A DNA stretch of 64,000 bases, taken from NCBI GenBank assembly GCA_051546255.1, contig CP128822.1, forward strand, positions 1 to 64,000, given 5' to 3'. This DNA is from Meyerozyma guilliermondii. Lineage: Eukaryota. Numbering within the stretch: the stretch's first letter is position 1; every line of letters begins with the position of its first letter. The notes under the pieces were generated by a model. It did no database searches, was not told the DNA's origin, and was given only the letters and a program-made list of their open reading frames with translations. Of this stretch, positions 9,553 through 19,692 are shown piece by piece. Position numbers and translations under genes: made by a program.

Positions 9553-12500
9553 TTACTGCGAACTGTTCATGGCTTCTCTCATGAGTCCCAAACTGCCTCC
9601 TGCTCTCAAACTTCCCACTCTCAAATTTCCTCCGTTTTGTTCGCTTCCTGGCTCGCTATGCTCGCCAGCACGTCCATATCCGCCTCCGCCGGGTGTCAAA
9701 ATCTTGATAATGTCTCCCACATTCAACTCTATTTCTGCCGTAGGACCCACATGTTTCCAGTGAATTTTCCCATTCCCGTCAACTCGTCCCAACTTGTTCT
9801 CTCCTCTAGCACCTTCGCCTCCTCCTGCCATTCCATATGGTGGAACTACTCTTCTCTGGGTTAATATTGAAGCATGGCACGGCGAAGTGAATTCCAATTC
9901 TCTGACCAAACCATCACCTCCATGCCATTTTCCAGCACCCCCACTATTTTTTCGAATTGAAAATTGCTTCAAAAGAACAGGATACCGCAGCTCAAGAACT
10001 TCAGGGTCTGTCATAAGCGTATTCGTCATATGGCATTGGGTTCCACTGAAACCATTGAACCCATTTCCAGCACCTGAACCTCCGCCGATTGTCTCACAGA
10101 ACCCAAACCCAGCAACCATTTCTCCTGTTTTTTTATCAAGACCTCCTTGGCCAAAACACAAGCAATTCATACACCCATAAGATGCAGCAACAGTACCAAA
10201 AGCTTTTAAAATTGTGTCGGTAATTTTTTGAGAAGTAATACCATTTCCTCCAGAAACAGCAGCGGTGACACTGGGGTTCAATACTGTGCCTTCGGGAATG
10301 CGTACCTCTATTGGAGCTAGCACTCCTTCGTTCATGGGCAAGTCACCTTCGGTAATATGGCATCTTAAGCAGTAGGTGATACAGGCATAAGTAACTGCTC
10401 GAGGGGCATTGAAACAGTTGAAAGTTTCGTCTGCGGTACCTTCGAAATCAAACACCGCCGAACCATCCTCTTCATTGATATCGATGGTAAGTTGGATTTT
10501 GGCTCCATCATCCATGAAATCAACAGCCTGCAATGGAAGTCGATGCTTATTTTCTTGTGCCAACTTTTTGAGGAACTTTCTGACTGCGGCTTCAGATGTG
10601 GTTTTGATACCCTTCATGTAGAACAAAACATAGTCCGTATCGTATTCCGTGAAAACATCCGTTAACATATTGATTCCACGCTGGTTGGCTGCAATTTCAG
10701 CCTTAAGATCGGCAATATTGTCTTCAACTTTTCTCGAAGGAGACGATCCTGGAACTTTCTTAAGCTCATCCACAAAGTACTTTTCAACTCCGTCATAATC
10801 GAAAACTCCGTTGTTCACAAGCTTCCAGGCGATGAACTGGGCACCTTCGTCCTTGAGATCTGTCGCTGACGAGTCCATAGATCCCGCAACAGTGCCTCCT
10901 ATTTCAGCATGATGTGCTCTCGAAGCAACATAGAACCGAATCTTTCCGTCCACGAAAACTGGTGATATCACAGTGATATCAGGCAAGTGTGTTCCCATCG
11001 CCTTGGGATGATTGGTGGCCCAAATATCACCTTCTTTGATATCATCACCCCAATGATTTATCTGATATTTCACAGCAAAAGACATCGAACTTAGATGAAC
11101 TGGCACAGCAGGAGCATTGGCTACTAGATTACCAACTTCGTCAAATAAAGCACAGCTAAAGTCCATTCTCTCCTTGATATTGGCACTCACAGATATCTTC
11201 TGTAACGTGGTACACATGGACTCAGCAATAGACATAAACCGGTGAGCAAAGACTGACAACTGTACTGGATCGATTTTGAGGTCCGCATCTTTTTCTTGTG
11301 ACGACTGGGACTCGTCAAGATCAATAATGACATGCCTAGGAAGAACCGTTAAATGGGAATTTGGCTCGACCAAAATTGTTTGAGTGGAGTCTATCACTAA
11401 TGCGGGACCAGGAATAACTGTTCCACTATCCAAGTCATTTAAGAGATAAACGTTTGCTTCTTGAAATCCTCCCTCAAAATAAACGCTTGACTTCAGTTTT
11501 TCGATTCCTGGTGCAACAACTTTGGGACTGATTTTGGCCAAATCTTTATAAGCTGATCTCTCGGTGATCTTTCCAGCATTACCGGACCCTCTGACTCTGA
11601 TATCCGACACAATGACGTCTCTATGCTTGTCGTTGAATGAAAATTCTCTCTGATGAGTCTCGTAAAAGTTCTGTAAGAAATTCTTGGATTTGTCTTCTGC
11701 AATCATGAGTTTTGAATCTGAACCCTTATAACCCATATTGAAGTAGACTTGGAAATCCGATGCTGTAACTCCTTGATCTTCAAGTTCGAGAGCCACTTTT
11801 TCCTTCAACACCTCACACTTTTGCAAAAGCGATGATACTGATTCTTCCGTATACTTTACCGAAGCCGGTTCCAACTCTTCATGAACCACATCCGCCAAAG
11901 CAATTCCATAGGCAGAAAGGATCGATGAGTATTTGTGAATTATTACTCTTTTGATCTTCAAAACCTTGGCTAACGATGTTGCATGTTGGCCACCGGCACC
12001 TCCAAAAGATGCCAAGTTGTGTTTCGTAACGTCAAAACCTTTGTTTTCTGTCAATTGTCTTATAGGCTTTGCCATGGCAACATTTGCAACATTGAGGAAC
12101 CCAAGGGCTACTTCATGAGCCGATTTGGGTTTGCTATCAGGATGCTCAGCATTAATTATATCCGCCAATTGCTGAAACTTTTCCACCACGGCGGTACCAT
12201 CAAGTGGTTCATTTTCATTGGGACCAAAAATTTTTGGAAAGTATTCAGGAAGAATTCTTCCACACATCAAATTTGCGTCTGTCACCGTCAAGTTTTGTCC
12301 ATTTTTACGATAGCATACTGGACCAGGATGAGCAGATGCGCTGTCAGGGCCAACCTGATACAACCCGTTTTTGTAAGACAAAATAGATCCACCGCCAGCA
12401 GCCACAGTGTTTATGTCCAACTGAGGAGCAGCAATTTTTAAGCCGGCTGTAGTCGTCTCAAAAACATGGTCATAAGCACCAGCGTACCTAGAAACATCCG

Positions 12501-13491
12501 TAGAAGTTCCTCCCATATCAAAACCAATTGTATCTGTACCTTCATTGGGATCATAGCATGTGAGCGCTTGTCCTACCACTCCACCAGCAGGGCCAGAAAG
12601 AAGCGACTTTAAACCGGTAAATTTAGTATAATGACAAAGTCCACCGTCGGACATCATAAACTCGATTCTAGTGTGTTTTTCAAATCCCTCTTTGAATCCG
12701 CTGAGAAGACTTTCAATATACTGCTTGACAATGGGAGTGAGGTATGCGTCCACCACGGACGACTGTCCTCTATTTACGACCTTGATCATGGGTAAAGTTT
12801 TGTGAGACATGGTAACGTTTTCAAACCCAAGTTCGGTTGCCAACGCGCCAATTTGAAGCTCATGTTCCTGAAAGTTGTATCCATGAACCAAGACAATTGC
12901 AACTGAGGTTATACCCTCTTCTTTCAAAGCTTTCAATTGGCTTTTGGTTTTTTCAACATTTAAAGGCTTGATTATTTTCACCACTTCTTTAGTAGAGCCT
13001 CGTACAAAATACTTTCCATCAACCTTGTCTTCAGCGGTATATCCAGTGGCATCCTCAGAATAAGCAGGAAGCGTTACCCGTTCTTCTACCTCAATTACCT
13101 TTTCGTACAAGACTCCAGGTTTGCGAATATTCAAGTCAAAAAGATCCGGCCGCGCCTGGTTCCCAATATACAAAAGATCCTTGAATCCTTCAGTAGTAAC
13201 AAGCGCAGTACGAACACCTTTCCTCTCCAAAAGTGCATTGGTTGCAACTGTGGTTCCTAATCTGATACTTTCTACTCCACTAGTATCCAACAATTCGCCA
13301 CGAGGAATCTCCTTTCCACTCGTGTACTCTAAAACTCGCCGGATTCCTTCGATATTAGCATCGTCATAATTTCCAGGATCGACCGAAAGTAACTTGAAAA
13401 CGTATTCGCTCTGTCCGGGAATAACCGCAAGAACATCCGTAAATGTTCCTCCTCTGTCTATTGCAATCTTGATCCCTTCCCCTAGTGTCAT
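9553..13491 (-). CDS. ATP-dependent 5-oxoprolinase/hydantoinase-family lactamase (OXP1-like, divergent C-terminal domain)
   Basis: IDRGGTFTD, LSGPAGG, GFDMGGTSTDVS, TVAAGGGS, FGGAGGQHA, DFSCALF, HLPDIT, HMTNT and TPGGGGYG; 1312-aa fused HyuA+HyuB architecture. Confidence 0.93.
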   Translation of the reverse strand: MTLGEGIKIAIDRGGTFTDVLAVIPGQSEYVFKLLSVDPGNYDDANIEGIRRVLEYTSGKEIPRGELLDTSGVESIRLGTTVATNALLERKGVRTALVTTEGFKDLLYIGNQARPDLFDLNIRKPGVLYEKVIEVEERVTLPAYSEDATGYTAEDKVDGKYFVRGSTKEVVKIIKPLNVEKTKSQLKALKEEGITSVAIVLVHGYNFQEHELQIGALATELGFENVTMSHKTLPMIKVVNRGQSSVVDAYLTPIVKQYIESLLSGFKEGFEKHTRIEFMMSDGGLCHYTKFTGLKSLLSGPAGGVVGQALTCYDPNEGTDTIGFDMGGTSTDVSRYAGAYDHVFETTTAGLKIAAPQLDINTVAAGGGSILSYKNGLYQVGPDSASAHPGPVCYRKNGQNLTVTDANLMCGRILPEYFPKIFGPNENEPLDGTAVVEKFQQLADIINAEHPDSKPKSAHEVALGFLNVANVAMAKPIRQLTENKGFDVTKHNLASFGGAGGQHATSLAKVLKIKRVIIHKYSSILSAYGIALADVVHEELEPASVKYTEESVSSLLQKCEVLKEKVALELEDQGVTASDFQVYFNMGYKGSDSKLMIAEDKSKNFLQNFYETHQREFSFNDKHRDVIVSDIRVRGSGNAGKITERSAYKDLAKISPKVVAPGIEKLKSSVYFEGGFQEANVYLLNDLDSGTVIPGPALVIDSTQTILVEPNSHLTVLPRHVIIDLDESQSSQEKDADLKIDPVQLSVFAHRFMSIAESMCTTLQKISVSANIKERMDFSCALFDEVGNLVANAPAVPVHLSSMSFAVKYQINHWGDDIKEGDIWATNHPKAMGTHLPDITVISPVFVDGKIRFYVASRAHHAEIGGTVAGSMDSSATDLKDEGAQFIAWKLVNNGVFDYDGVEKYFVDELKKVPGSSPSRKVEDNIADLKAEIAANQRGINMLTDVFTEYDTDYVLFYMKGIKTTSEAAVRKFLKKLAQENKHRLPLQAVDFMDDGAKIQLTIDINEEDGSAVFDFEGTADETFNCFNAPRAVTYACITYCLRCHITEGDLPMNEGVLAPIEVRIPEGTVLNPSVTAAVSGGNGITSQKITDTILKAFGTVAASYGCMNCLCFGQGGLDKKTGEMVAGFGFCETIGGGSGAGNGFNGFSGTQCHMTNTLMTDPEVLELRYPVLLKQFSIRKNSGGAGKWHGGDGLVRELEFTSPCHASILTQRRVVPPYGMAGGGEGARGENKLGRVDGNGKIHWKHVGPTAEIELNVGDIIKILTPGGGGYGRAGEHSEPGSEQNGGNLRVGSLRAGGSLGLMREAMNSSQ

Positions 13492-13954
13492 GATAAATTT
13501 TGATAGAAAACTTTAGTTTGTTGCAATGCTATATGGGGTGGATGACATTTATATCTGGAGGTGCAGCTTATCGAAGTAAATTCCGGCTTTGCCTGCATCT
13601 AGCCGCGTGTCTTCATTTTTGGCTTGGGGAAGGTGGATGCGCCGTGCATGACTATGGGGAGCTAATCCGGCGTTTATCAATTATTTTTTCAAGGCAATGG
13701 GGAACGCCGAGAATGGCTGCAATCCCGTCAACATATCTCGTATTGAATGGAGGGGAAAACAGCTGATCTTTGGGTAGCGAAGAGGCACCGCATCAATTGA
13801 TATCTATTTTTCGTATACTTGGTATTTTCCCACAAAATTAGTTTAGAGTTTGATTTAGAGTTTCGTATGTTCTGTTTACTTTTTCCGTGCTACTATGTTC
13901 GTCTCAATGTCTTAAGAGCATAAAGTATTCGATTTTACAAAATGTTTACGATGT

Positions 13955-15253
13955 CTATAGCTTAACCGTCCCATGAGAGTCTTCTTTAGCCCATTTAACT
14001 TGAGAAATGTCCAACGGCTCAGATACCACTCTCCATGAGCAATCTGTAGGATCAAACGGAGAAATGTTGTCTCTCCATTTCCAGGCATTTTGGTACTTTT
14101 CCGCAAGTTTTCCCTCTAGTTTATCAGCTATAAGGTCTCCGATGGTGGGAAGAAACTTGAATGCATGGCCGCTGTCGCCGGTAGCCACAAATAAGTTGGG
14201 TAGTTTTGGAACCGCATCGACGATAAAATGAGAATCAGAGGTGTCTGCTATCCAACACACTTTGCTGTCGCGAAGCTTATGGTGTGCTAAATCTGGAACG
14301 TATTTGCGTAGGAGCCGTCTTGCCTGGTCATATCCATCCAAAGGAACGGTGTCGTTGGGATTATCATTTTTGTAGCGAGGAAGCGATTTCTTATCGTAGA
14401 CTCCAAATGGATCATTAACGTAGTTTGAGGCTCCAGAACCCGGCAATGCAATCTTGAGGACGTAGGTAGCTGGATCTGGAGGGAAAAAGTATCCCATTTC
14501 TCCATCAAACACAACAGGAATGTCCTTGTATTTTTCGTATTCTTGAGGTGTTAGCTTGATGTGGGTAATAAATAATCCTGTAGCAGATTGTTGTTGTCCC
14601 AAGTCCACGAGATAGCCCGTGGCTGCACCAGCACTCAAGAGAACCTGGTCAGCTGTTCTTTTCGATCCGTCAGCCGAAATTACATAAACGGTTCCGTTTT
14701 CGGTGTAGGTAGCAACCACTCGTCCTGCGTCGCCAAATACAAATGTCACACCCAATTGCTCGGCTCTGGCGTGAGCCAGTCTCAAAGCGTTCGCGGCGTG
14801 GGCAAGCCCCGACTCAGGGTTCCATTTTATCTCGGTGGAATCTTTGACAGAATTGTGGCTTAAGACTTTGAATTTTCCACCCAATTGTTCACCACCTTTA
14901 TAATATTCGATATATTTTCCGCCACCAATCGCCTGGAGATTGGCAATACTGAGTCTCTCAAACTCCCTTCTACCCTCGTGGTTCTCGGGAGTGATTAAAA
15001 TTCGTCCACATTCTTTGAAAGTGTGGTTGTAAACTGGACTATGTCTCCATTCATCAAGAGCAGCGACGCTCAATTCCGTGTATAATTTGTCAGTGTATTC
15101 GGTCCGGATGATCTTGTTGAAGTCACACGCGGCAGACCAAGGCGAAGGAACCGGAAATGAGTCCATTGCAACCACTTTATGACCTCTTTCTGCTAGAGCA
15201 ATGGCAGACGAAAGTCCCATTACGCCACAACCAACGATAAGAACCGAAGACAT
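13955..15253 (-). CDS. Covalent-FAD amine oxidase, L-saccharopine/fructosyl-amino-acid/sarcosine oxidase family
   Basis: Starts at MSSVLIVGCGVMGLS (ATG 15253). PVPSPWSAACDFNKIIRTEY, flavinylation Cys in KVCWIADT, TGDSGHAFKFLP; C-terminal VKL resembles PTS1. Confidence 0.9.
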   Translation of the reverse strand: MSSVLIVGCGVMGLSSAIALAERGHKVVAMDSFPVPSPWSAACDFNKIIRTEYTDKLYTELSVAALDEWRHSPVYNHTFKECGRILITPENHEGRREFERLSIANLQAIGGGKYIEYYKGGEQLGGKFKVLSHNSVKDSTEIKWNPESGLAHAANALRLAHARAEQLGVTFVFGDAGRVVATYTENGTVYVISADGSKRTADQVLLSAGAATGYLVDLGQQQSATGLFITHIKLTPQEYEKYKDIPVVFDGEMGYFFPPDPATYVLKIALPGSGASNYVNDPFGVYDKKSLPRYKNDNPNDTVPLDGYDQARRLLRKYVPDLAHHKLRDSKVCWIADTSDSHFIVDAVPKLPNLFVATGDSGHAFKFLPTIGDLIADKLEGKLAEKYQNAWKWRDNISPFDPTDCSWRVVSEPLDISQVKWAKEDSHGTVKL

Positions 15254-15693
15254 TGCTATAGTATTCACACGCTCCGCCGTCGTTACTAGACACGCGTATG
15301 TTGTGGTGGCGTAAAAATTGACCTGCGGACTTTGGTATAAATATAAAAAGATGGTTTTTCCGATTTGATATCGCGGCGCTCGAGGGTGCATATGCGGAGA
15401 GGAGACGACGCCGCAGCGCGAGGCTCTCGGCGCACCGACCTGCCTTTCAGTGCGCGATAAAGTTTCCCGTCGCACGGAATAATCTATCGGCGTCATCCCC
15501 TCTGCGTTCCCAACTGCCGTTTTGTTTATTGGTTGCAACCGACCCGTAACATGAAGAGTGATCTTCGTAGATAAGCAGTATAAGAAGATCAGAACAGCCG
15601 CTTATTATATAAGAGCCAATATAACCCGCTTAGCATAAGAACCAATAACCGAGTCGGATTAACGTTTAAACTTAAACTTTATTTTTGAATTTA
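15254..15693. promoter_or_regulatory. Divergent promoter shared by the oxidase and the permease
   Basis: 440-bp head-to-head gap with GATAA (15456) and GATAAG (15570), CGG-N4-CCG (15428-15437), and CGGAAT/CGGATT half-sites (15475, 15655). Confidence 0.6.
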
Positions 15694-17181
15694 ATGACAG
15701 AAAAACTCGAGTTGAAGGTGCAGGAGTCCAGTTTTCTGCTTCCCCAAGATGGTGATGTTGACGTTGGTGCAAAATACCTCTTGGATCATCCTGAACATGC
15801 CGACTATTCGCAGGAAGAAGCCCGCAAAGTTTTGCGAAAAATCGACTGGTTATTGATGCCGATTATGACAATTGTTATCACCCTTGCTGCCGCTGATAAG
15901 ATCATAATTTCTAATGCTGCTGTGCACGGAATGCGAGAAGATGCCCATTTGGTGGGGTCTCAATATTCATGGTTGGGATCGATTTTTTACTTTGGGTATT
16001 TGGTTATGGAGTTTCCCGCCAACTATTTGCTCCAAAAACTTCCCGTGGCAAAGGTACTATGTACTTCTTTCGTTGTGTGGAACGCAATCTTGATGTGTAT
16101 GGCTGCTGGGAACAATTTTGCTGGACTTGGTGCAATGCGGTTTCTCTTGGGAATGGGCGAGTCGTTCTTATTTCCCTCATTAACCGTGATAACTACCATG
16201 TTCTATAAAAAATCAGAGCAGCCGTTCCGTACTGCCATTTGGTTTTCAGGCTTCTCGTCGCTTATCACTGGAATCTTGTCTTATGCCGTAGGACATGCCC
16301 ACTCCTCCATCGCCAACTGGAGACTCTTGTTTCTTGTGTTTGGAGCCATAACCATTTTCTTCACTTGTGTGTTGTTCATTCTCTTGCCCGACAGTCCAGT
16401 AACTTGTCGCTACTTTAATGAAAGAGAGAAGTACATTGCGGTACACCGAACCATCGAAAACAAAACCGGAACAAAAAACACAAATTTCAAGAAAGATCAG
16501 GTTATCGAGGCTTTGACAGACTGGAAAACTTGGGTCATGGCGGTGTTTGTATTGTCCATCAATATCAGCAATGGTGCCTTGGTGACATTTGCAGCACAAA
16601 TTGTCTCAGGTTTAGGTTACTCACCGATCAGAACTACCTTGCTTGGAATGCCCACTGGAGTGTTTATGACATTAAGCAGTTGGCTCATTGCCTTGCCTGG
16701 TCTCTACTTCCCCAAGAAATTCCGTACCATATGTGCTGGTACCATCTGCTTATGTCCTTTGATTTGCTGTGCATTGATGATGACTCTCCACAACAAACAT
16801 GGTTTGCTCGTTGCTTACTATTTCTTTTACTTCTACTGGGGTCCTTACGTATGTATGACGTCGTTGTCCATGGCCAACACCTCGGGCCATACAAAAAAGA
16901 CTATCGTCAATACGGTGAATTTTGTGTCTTATTGTGTGTCCAACATCATTGCTCCACAATTCTTTCTCGCCAAACAGGCACCTCATTACCTTACTGGTTA
17001 TCATGCTATTTTAGGCTTTACCTCCGCAGCTTGTCTTTCAATTTTGGCTTATGGTGCTGGATGCTATATGGAAAATGCTAGGAGAGACAAGCTCTACGGA
17101 CCACCATCATTGGATTTTGAAGAGGATGCCAAAGATTTGACAGATAAGCAAAAGGCCAAGAATTTTCGATACGTTTGGTAG
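15694..17181 (+). CDS. MFS transporter, allantoate permease (DAL5)/anion:cation symporter family
   Basis: LRKIDWLLMP, YSWLGSIFYFGYL, RFLLGMGE, WRLLFLVFGAIT, LPDSP, NTSGHTKK, DLTDKQ..FRY; first ATG at 15694. Confidence 0.92.
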   Translation: MTEKLELKVQESSFLLPQDGDVDVGAKYLLDHPEHADYSQEEARKVLRKIDWLLMPIMTIVITLAAADKIIISNAAVHGMREDAHLVGSQYSWLGSIFYFGYLVMEFPANYLLQKLPVAKVLCTSFVVWNAILMCMAAGNNFAGLGAMRFLLGMGESFLFPSLTVITTMFYKKSEQPFRTAIWFSGFSSLITGILSYAVGHAHSSIANWRLLFLVFGAITIFFTCVLFILLPDSPVTCRYFNEREKYIAVHRTIENKTGTKNTNFKKDQVIEALTDWKTWVMAVFVLSINISNGALVTFAAQIVSGLGYSPIRTTLLGMPTGVFMTLSSWLIALPGLYFPKKFRTICAGTICLCPLICCALMMTLHNKHGLLVAYYFFYFYWGPYVCMTSLSMANTSGHTKKTIVNTVNFVSYCVSNIIAPQFFLAKQAPHYLTGYHAILGFTSAACLSILAYGAGCYMENARRDKLYGPPSLDFEEDAKDLTDKQKAKNFRYVW

Positions 17182-17335
17182 AAGCTTCTTAAGGAGTTGT
17201 AAGGGTTCTCTCAGCCCCACTTGTTCTATAATTACGAATTTGCAGCCGAGTCAACGGGCTTATACACCCGAACCTTGACGAGCTTGGCACGAGTAATTTG
17301 GTAGGTGAACTATTCAAGAATGATGAACTAGAATT

Positions 17336-17377
17336 GATAAAGTATCACGAGTGATAAACTATATAGATAATTGATAA
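17336..17377 (+). promoter_or_regulatory. GATAA cluster upstream of YHB1, present in each repeat unit
   Basis: GATAA at 17336, 17353, 17366 and 17373; palindrome TATCAC-GA-GTGATA at 17343-17356. Confidence 0.4.
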
Positions 17378-17638
17378 TGTGGAGTCGTCTATACACAACT
17401 ACCCCAGTTTCTCGTCGTTTCTTGTCTTATTTTTCAACCACTCGAATCGCACTCATTACTCATCGCGAATATTCACTCATACTCATTTTCTCATTTCTCA
17501 TCCATTCCGACTTTGCCCGAAATCATACCACACCAAATATTTTTCAAACACGCATGTGGCTGACTTCCAAACGGTTTCCACGGATATACCAGATGCATAA
17601 ATACCCAGAATAATCGCACCACCTCCCTCACTTTCATA

Positions 17639-18820
17639 ATGACAAAGGCTGCAAATCAAGTGTACACCATTCAACAGCTTAGTCCAGAACAAGTTAACAT
17701 TGTCAAGGCTTCAGTTCCAATATTGAAAGCTCTGGGTCAGGAACTCACCAAGAACTTTTATCAGAAAATGCTCTCCAGTTATCCTGAAGTAAAGCCGTTT
17801 TTCAATGAATCTGATCAAAAACTGTTACGTCAACCCAAAATTCTTGCATTTGCATTGTTGAAATATGCCGAAAATATTGAAAATTTGGAACCCTTGACTG
17901 GGTTTGTTCAGCAAATTGTCACGAAACATGTGGGACTCCAGGTCAAACCAGAACACTATCCAATTGTTGGAACTTGTCTTCTCAACACCATGGAAAATAT
18001 GTTGGGAGAATTAGCGACACCTGAATTTCTTCAAGCATGGGCAACTGCCTATGGAAACTTGGCTCGGTTGTTGATCAACGCCGAGGATACTTGTTACCAG
18101 AAACAACCTTGGAACGGGTTCAAGGAATTCACCATTGAAAAAATACAAAATGAAGCAAGCGATGTGAAATCAGTCTATTTTTCACCAACCGATAAAAGTG
18201 CAATTGCAACTCCTCAGAGAGGTCAGTATGTCTGTATTCGTTGGAAACTTCCAGGGCTGGAGTTTGAAAAGAGTAGAGAGTATTCTCTTTCTGAATTTCC
18301 AACAGAAAACCATTATCGAATTTCCGTCCGCAAGCTTGAAGGTGGACAGATTTCCAGCCATATTCATGAACAACTTAAAGTCGGTGACAAAATCAGAGTA
18401 GCTTCACCAGGTGGTAGCTTTACTTATCATGAAAATGACCCAAGTGTGGAAATGTTGGTTTACGTTGGAGGCATTGGAATTACACCACTTGTCAGTATTA
18501 TTGAGCAAGCTCTTTCCAAGGGTCGCAAAGTGAAAATGTACAATTCAAATAGGTCTGAGAGTCATCGTCCGTTTGGAGAATGGCTCTCTCAATTGGCTGC
18601 AAAATACCCAAATTTTACGGTTACTGATTTTTACTCAGATGCTGAAAATTCCAATCGTCTTCAAAGCAGTGACTTTGATTTCATCGTACCAAACCAAAAA
18701 TACGATGTCTACCTTCTCGGACCAAGCGGCTACATGCATTTTGTCAATGACGAACTCGCAAAAAGAGGAAGTGTAAATTTCAACATCTACTCAGAAACCT
18801 TCGGGCCAACCGAAGTATGA
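17639..18820 (+). CDS. YHB1: Flavohemoglobin / nitric oxide dioxygenase, copy 1
   Basis: Globin domain (FYQKM, FN, KHVGLQVKPEHYPIVG) plus FAD/NAD reductase domain (GQYV, REYSLS, GGIGITP, ETFGP). Confidence 0.96.
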   Translation: MTKAANQVYTIQQLSPEQVNIVKASVPILKALGQELTKNFYQKMLSSYPEVKPFFNESDQKLLRQPKILAFALLKYAENIENLEPLTGFVQQIVTKHVGLQVKPEHYPIVGTCLLNTMENMLGELATPEFLQAWATAYGNLARLLINAEDTCYQKQPWNGFKEFTIEKIQNEASDVKSVYFSPTDKSAIATPQRGQYVCIRWKLPGLEFEKSREYSLSEFPTENHYRISVRKLEGGQISSHIHEQLKVGDKIRVASPGGSFTYHENDPSVEMLVYVGGIGITPLVSIIEQALSKGRKVKMYNSNRSESHRPFGEWLSQLAAKYPNFTVTDFYSDAENSNRLQSSDFDFIVPNQKYDVYLLGPSGYMHFVNDELAKRGSVNFNIYSETFGPTEV

Positions 18821-19010
18821 TGTAAATAGACGAAAGAAAGATTTAGCAATGTCTAGACGAATCAAAATGTACATAGTATACCACAAACTAGTTAAAATAT
18901 CAATCGAACAGAATCGATGCAAAACCAAGAAATGAATAAATGCTTTGGGATTTTAAGTCTTTTCCTGACATCTAGTTCCTTAACAGATATTAATAAATAG
19001 TGCCTTTCCC

Positions 19011-19692
19011 CTACTTTTGAAGAATTTGTTTCACAGAGTCCACAACGCTGGTATCAAAATCAATGTATTTTGACCCAAAAATACGTTGGGTTTCAGAAAA
19101 ATCCAACTTGCACAAGACGGATTTTTCCTGTGCAGATTTCTGAGCGTCTGGTTGAGGAATCGCAGCTTCTGGGAAATGTTCGTGGACAACTCTGGCAATA
19201 TCGTGGTTGCTGAATCTTCCTTCAGCGAGAGCCAATCGTTTGCCTTTAGCGGTCTCGTTTTCGAAAGCAATCAAGTGTGCCTTGGCCACATCACGAACGT
19301 CAATGAAAGCGCCAGTCATCGTTGGAATTTCTTCATTTTGTTTCAACTTTAAAACCTTATTGATGATCTCAGACGATGTGTTGAGCGTATCTTTGACATC
19401 AGAATCAAAAGCTTGAGGACCGAATACATAAGCTGGGTTCACCGTGGTCAAGGTGAAGTTGGGATGTTCATTCTCCACGAAATCCCAAGCAGCTTTTTCA
19501 GCAAGTTTTTTGGAAATGAGGTAGCCTGCAATTGGGTTTTGAAGAGCATCTTTGGCAGTGCCTGGGTTCCACGAGGCTTCAGTGTTTGTAACTTCAGGAT
19601 TTCTCTCGGTATTGAGATCCATAATAGCAGCATACGACGAAGTCACCACAACTTTTTTAATTTGCGAACCATGAATCTTGATTGCACGAAGA
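19011..19692 (-). pseudogene. 5'-truncated GRE2-like fragment, repeat unit 1
   Basis: Matches the 3' part of 24821-25816 but lacks the N-terminal Rossmann motif; joined in frame to antisense permease sequence. Confidence 0.9.

Noticed and set aside
15254..15538. N-terminal extension of the oxidase in the ORF track, and similar extensions for GRE2, VPS1, SEC14, UBC13, POA1 and DUF3074
   Set aside because: These start at non-ATG codons; family homology begins at the downstream ATG.
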